Part shown: piece after piece, positions 31,079 through 32,000 of the stretch
How positions within the stretch are numbered: the first letter of the stretch is position 1
How the letters are laid out: each line of letters begins with the position of its first letter
Source of the DNA: Candidatus Methanoperedens sp.
GTDB lineage: Archaea > Halobacteriota > Methanosarcinia > Methanosarcinales > Methanoperedenaceae
Assembly: GCA_027460535.1 (NCBI GenBank)
Contig: JAPZAR010000022.1
Location: forward strand, 60,001 to 92,000
DNA: 32,000 nt
Reading direction: 5' to 3'
Position numbers and translations under genes: made by a program
The notes under the pieces: model-generated
What the model was told of the DNA's origin: nothing
The model's input: only the letters and a program-made list of their open reading frames with translations
The model's database searches: none

Positions 31079-32000
31079 ATGAATATCTATATAGGCCCAA
31101 GAATGTTCAAGAGTTTTAATTTCTGGAAGCAGCGAGCTTTAAAAAAAGTGTTGTCGGAGGACAAAAAGCTCTATATATACACAAAAAATAATCCTGATTC
31201 GGATGCGCTTGCAAGTTCACTCGCCTTTAAGCAGATTGCAGAGCATTACAACACAGATGCCAGTATATATTATACAGGCGCGATCCAGAACAAGACTCTC
31301 ATCAATATTCTTGGCGATGATGTTATAAATATACCGGGATTATCCAAACCCCAGAACACGATAGCTTTTGTTGATCTAATACCTCTTGAGATTGCAAGTG
31401 AAGGATTGAATCCTGATATCGTTATTGGGCATTCACTGGGCAACACCGAAGGGATACGTTCTACATATCGGGATATCAGGTCCACCGAGACAACATCAAG
31501 CATTCTAATAGAGTATCTGAAAAAACTGGGGATGCAGATAGATAAAAGGGTGGCAACTCTCCTTCTCTTTGCGATCAGGGACAAAACCAAGACATTGATA
31601 ACGAATTTTACAAAGGAAGATCTCGAAGCTTACTGGTATATTCATAATTATGCGGATATGGAGTTGCTAAACAGTCTCGAACGCCCCTCGGCAAAATTCG
31701 AAACGTTCGAGGACCTTTCCCGCGCAATAGGCAACAAAATAATAAAAGGTGCTTCGCTTTTCACGACGGTTGGTTATGTGAAAGACCCGGCTACCATCCC
31801 GAAGGTCTGCAAATACATGCTGGATATTGAAGGAGTATCTACAGCTCTCGTACTGGCCATAAACGCTACAAAAGCCTACATCTATGCTGAATCCAAAAAT
31901 ATGGAATTCAATATGAAAAGCATTCTTAAGAAAGCATTCGGGGATTGGGGTGAAGTTGCAGGTGGATCGTTCCATGCAAGCACTTCGATACCGCTTGGCG
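31079..32000 (+). CDS. DHH/DHHA1-family phosphoesterase-like protein (3' end outside the window)
   Basis: The frame is open from 31079 to the window edge; I translated it by hand and found no stops, and it is absent from the ORF track. It carries NNPDSDALASS (motif I), IAFVD (motif II) and a DHHA1-like AGGSFHAS near the edge. The ATG at 31103 is an alternative start. Confidence 0.75.
   Translation, partial: MNIYIGPRMFKSFNFWKQRALKKVLSEDKKLYIYTKNNPDSDALASSLAFKQIAEHYNTDASIYYTGAIQNKTLINILGDDVINIPGLSKPQNTIAFVDLIPLEIASEGLNPDIVIGHSLGNTEGIRSTYRDIRSTETTSSILIEYLKKLGMQIDKRVATLLLFAIRDKTKTLITNFTKEDLEAYWYIHNYADMELLNSLERPSAKFETFEDLSRAIGNKIIKGASLFTTVGYVKDPATIPKVCKYMLDIEGVSTALVLAINATKAYIYAESKNMEFNMKSILKKAFGDWGEVAGGSFHASTSIPLG

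Noticed and set aside
31270-31975. Minus-strand ORFs 31270-31590 and 31667-31975
   Set aside because: They are antisense to the open DHH-family reading frame that runs to the window edge.
1-32000. Search for CRISPR arrays, rRNA genes, additional tRNAs and C/D-box sRNAs (RUGAUGA...CUGA pairs)
   Set aside because: I saw no regularly spaced repeats and no further cloverleaf candidates. The few UGAUGA hits (for example 1402 and 3506) lack correctly spaced D, D' and C' boxes or lie inside coding sequence.

Overview
This window is a gene-dense, mostly housekeeping stretch of an archaeal chromosome. The chromatin protein MC1, a PGF-CTERM surface protein, a MEDS/PAS histidine kinase and an rpa-rpap-rpe operon point to a Methanosarcinales-like euryarchaeon (ANME-2 or Methanoperedens type); that placement is inference only. 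I support about 33 protein genes and one tRNA-Arg(CCG). The replication set is RFC small subunit, RPA with its associated OB-fold protein and phosphoesterase, PCNA, primase large subunit and a DHH-family protein. The translation and RNA-modification set is GatD, KEOPS Cgi121 and a stand-alone PUA protein. The cofactor and metabolic set is Nnr, MoaC, an aspartase/fumarase-class lyase, a ThrC-family enzyme and a radical SAM protein. No CRISPR array, rRNA or large prophage is visible. The locus most worth follow-up is 8.3-13.4 kb, where a ThrC-family PLP enzyme sits between two divergent paralogues of a Zn-ribbon/PUA/PAPS-reductase/di-[4Fe-4S] fusion protein. Their motif content does not match classical thioredoxin-dependent CysH. 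Other notable items:
- a decayed 232-bp tandem duplication of the moaC 3' part
- a low-GC MNT-HEPN module next to a solo IS200-type tnpA, both bracketed by an 8-bp repeat
- a 390-bp structured intergenic region
- a tRNA overlapping a CDS end
- small, tightly coupled unannotated ORFs
- a DHH-family gene with degenerate catalytic motifs downstream of pcn-priL
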